Of a DNA stretch of 64,000 nt, positions 63,119 through 64,000 are shown in pieces (within the stretch, counting starts at the first letter, position 1; each line of letters starts with the position of its first letter). A model generated the notes under the pieces. That model did not search any database. It worked only from the letters and a program-made list of their open reading frames with translations, and was not told the origin of the DNA. Source of the DNA: Tubiluchus corallicola (lineage: Eukaryota > Animalia > Priapulida); contig JAQGDQ010000692.1 in assembly GCA_030141605.1 (NCBI GenBank), positions 15,489 to 79,488 on the forward strand, written 5' to 3'. A program made the translations under genes and the position numbers.

Positions 63119-64000
63119 GTAAGTATTGATTAAAGGCAAGTTCGGAGTAGCATTAGCAATCTTGAAAACATAATTTTGTCGTAAATAATTAACTAACAGT
63201 TACTATAGTTCTTAATAAATAATTAAAGAGAAATCAATTTCATTTTCTTGGTTTATTTAATTTATTATGATTCGTCATTACATTTTGGTGCTATATAAGT
63301 TATAAAGGTTTAGCAAGTAATTATTTTGAAGCTATTATTAAATTATCACAAAATGTGTTAGTAATTTTAAAACATCAGTTATTGGGAATATATCACGTAT
63401 ATATTGGGAATATACCACACACCCACACACTCACTGTAGAGTTTGTTAGCTTGGAAAGAAGTCAGCATTGAAAAACAATCGGTACTTTCTGCTCTATGCT
63501 AATTACTAAGGCTCAGAACACCTTTTGAGTTTGATGCCTAATGCTGTAGTGACCAATATGGTTGGCAAGTCTGCTCCCTGGATTTCTTACTTCACTAGTT
63601 AACTTTTTTGCTAACTTTGTTCGTTTTTGGTAAAACTAGCGAAGTGAGCAATACCTGTACCCCAACAGAATTCGGCCTACGTCAAGTTTAATGTGTTCTA
63701 ACAGTGCACACTGTTACAGTGCAAACTGCGCACAGTAAAACCTCGAATATAAAAATAAAGTAAATGTGAGGAAATGCATCCAGGTAGGTTTGAATTTTTT
63801 TTCTCTGAACAAATCTTTAGCTGTTTCACGAATTGATATGCATTTGCATGCCTACCATGATTTGATACTACTACTTCATCGTGAAATTCCACAGTGGCGA
63901 AAAATAAAAAGCTTTGCCAGATTTTCAGAAATGAGCCCTACTTTCCTAGAATATTGTTAGTAGTATGGGCGCATCATCTTATGACATCTCTCCTGTGTTT

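Overview
AT-rich, intron-containing animal (invertebrate, possibly arthropod-like) genomic DNA, not prokaryotic. Eight protein-coding loci were reconstructed by hand from splice sites and reading-frame continuity. (1) The 5' half of PRCP (minus strand, 4 exons, runs off the left edge) is head-to-head with (2) an intronless PDIA3/ERp60. (3) An 8-exon, 353-aa FANCF homolog (minus strand, 17039-32168) is largely missed by the ORF track and carries (4) an intronless MPPE1/PGAP5 CDS nested on the SAME strand in its first intron. (5) A NUDCD3-like gene, apparently N-terminally truncated, is head-to-head with FANCF. (6) A 2-exon vanin/biotinidase follows. (7) A one-exon-per-module gene encodes 19 Notch-like EGF repeats plus two atypical Fasciclin-3-like Ig domains and no transmembrane segment; it contains a GC-AG intron, a dead EGF pseudo-exon and an EGF-derived inverted-repeat hairpin. 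(8) The first exon of a secreted LRR protein lies at the right edge. Non-coding DNA holds hAT MITEs (one nested), LINE 3' remnants, several dispersed repeat families and about ten unrelated minisatellites. Gene identities rest on recalled motif and sequence similarity; no database search was run.
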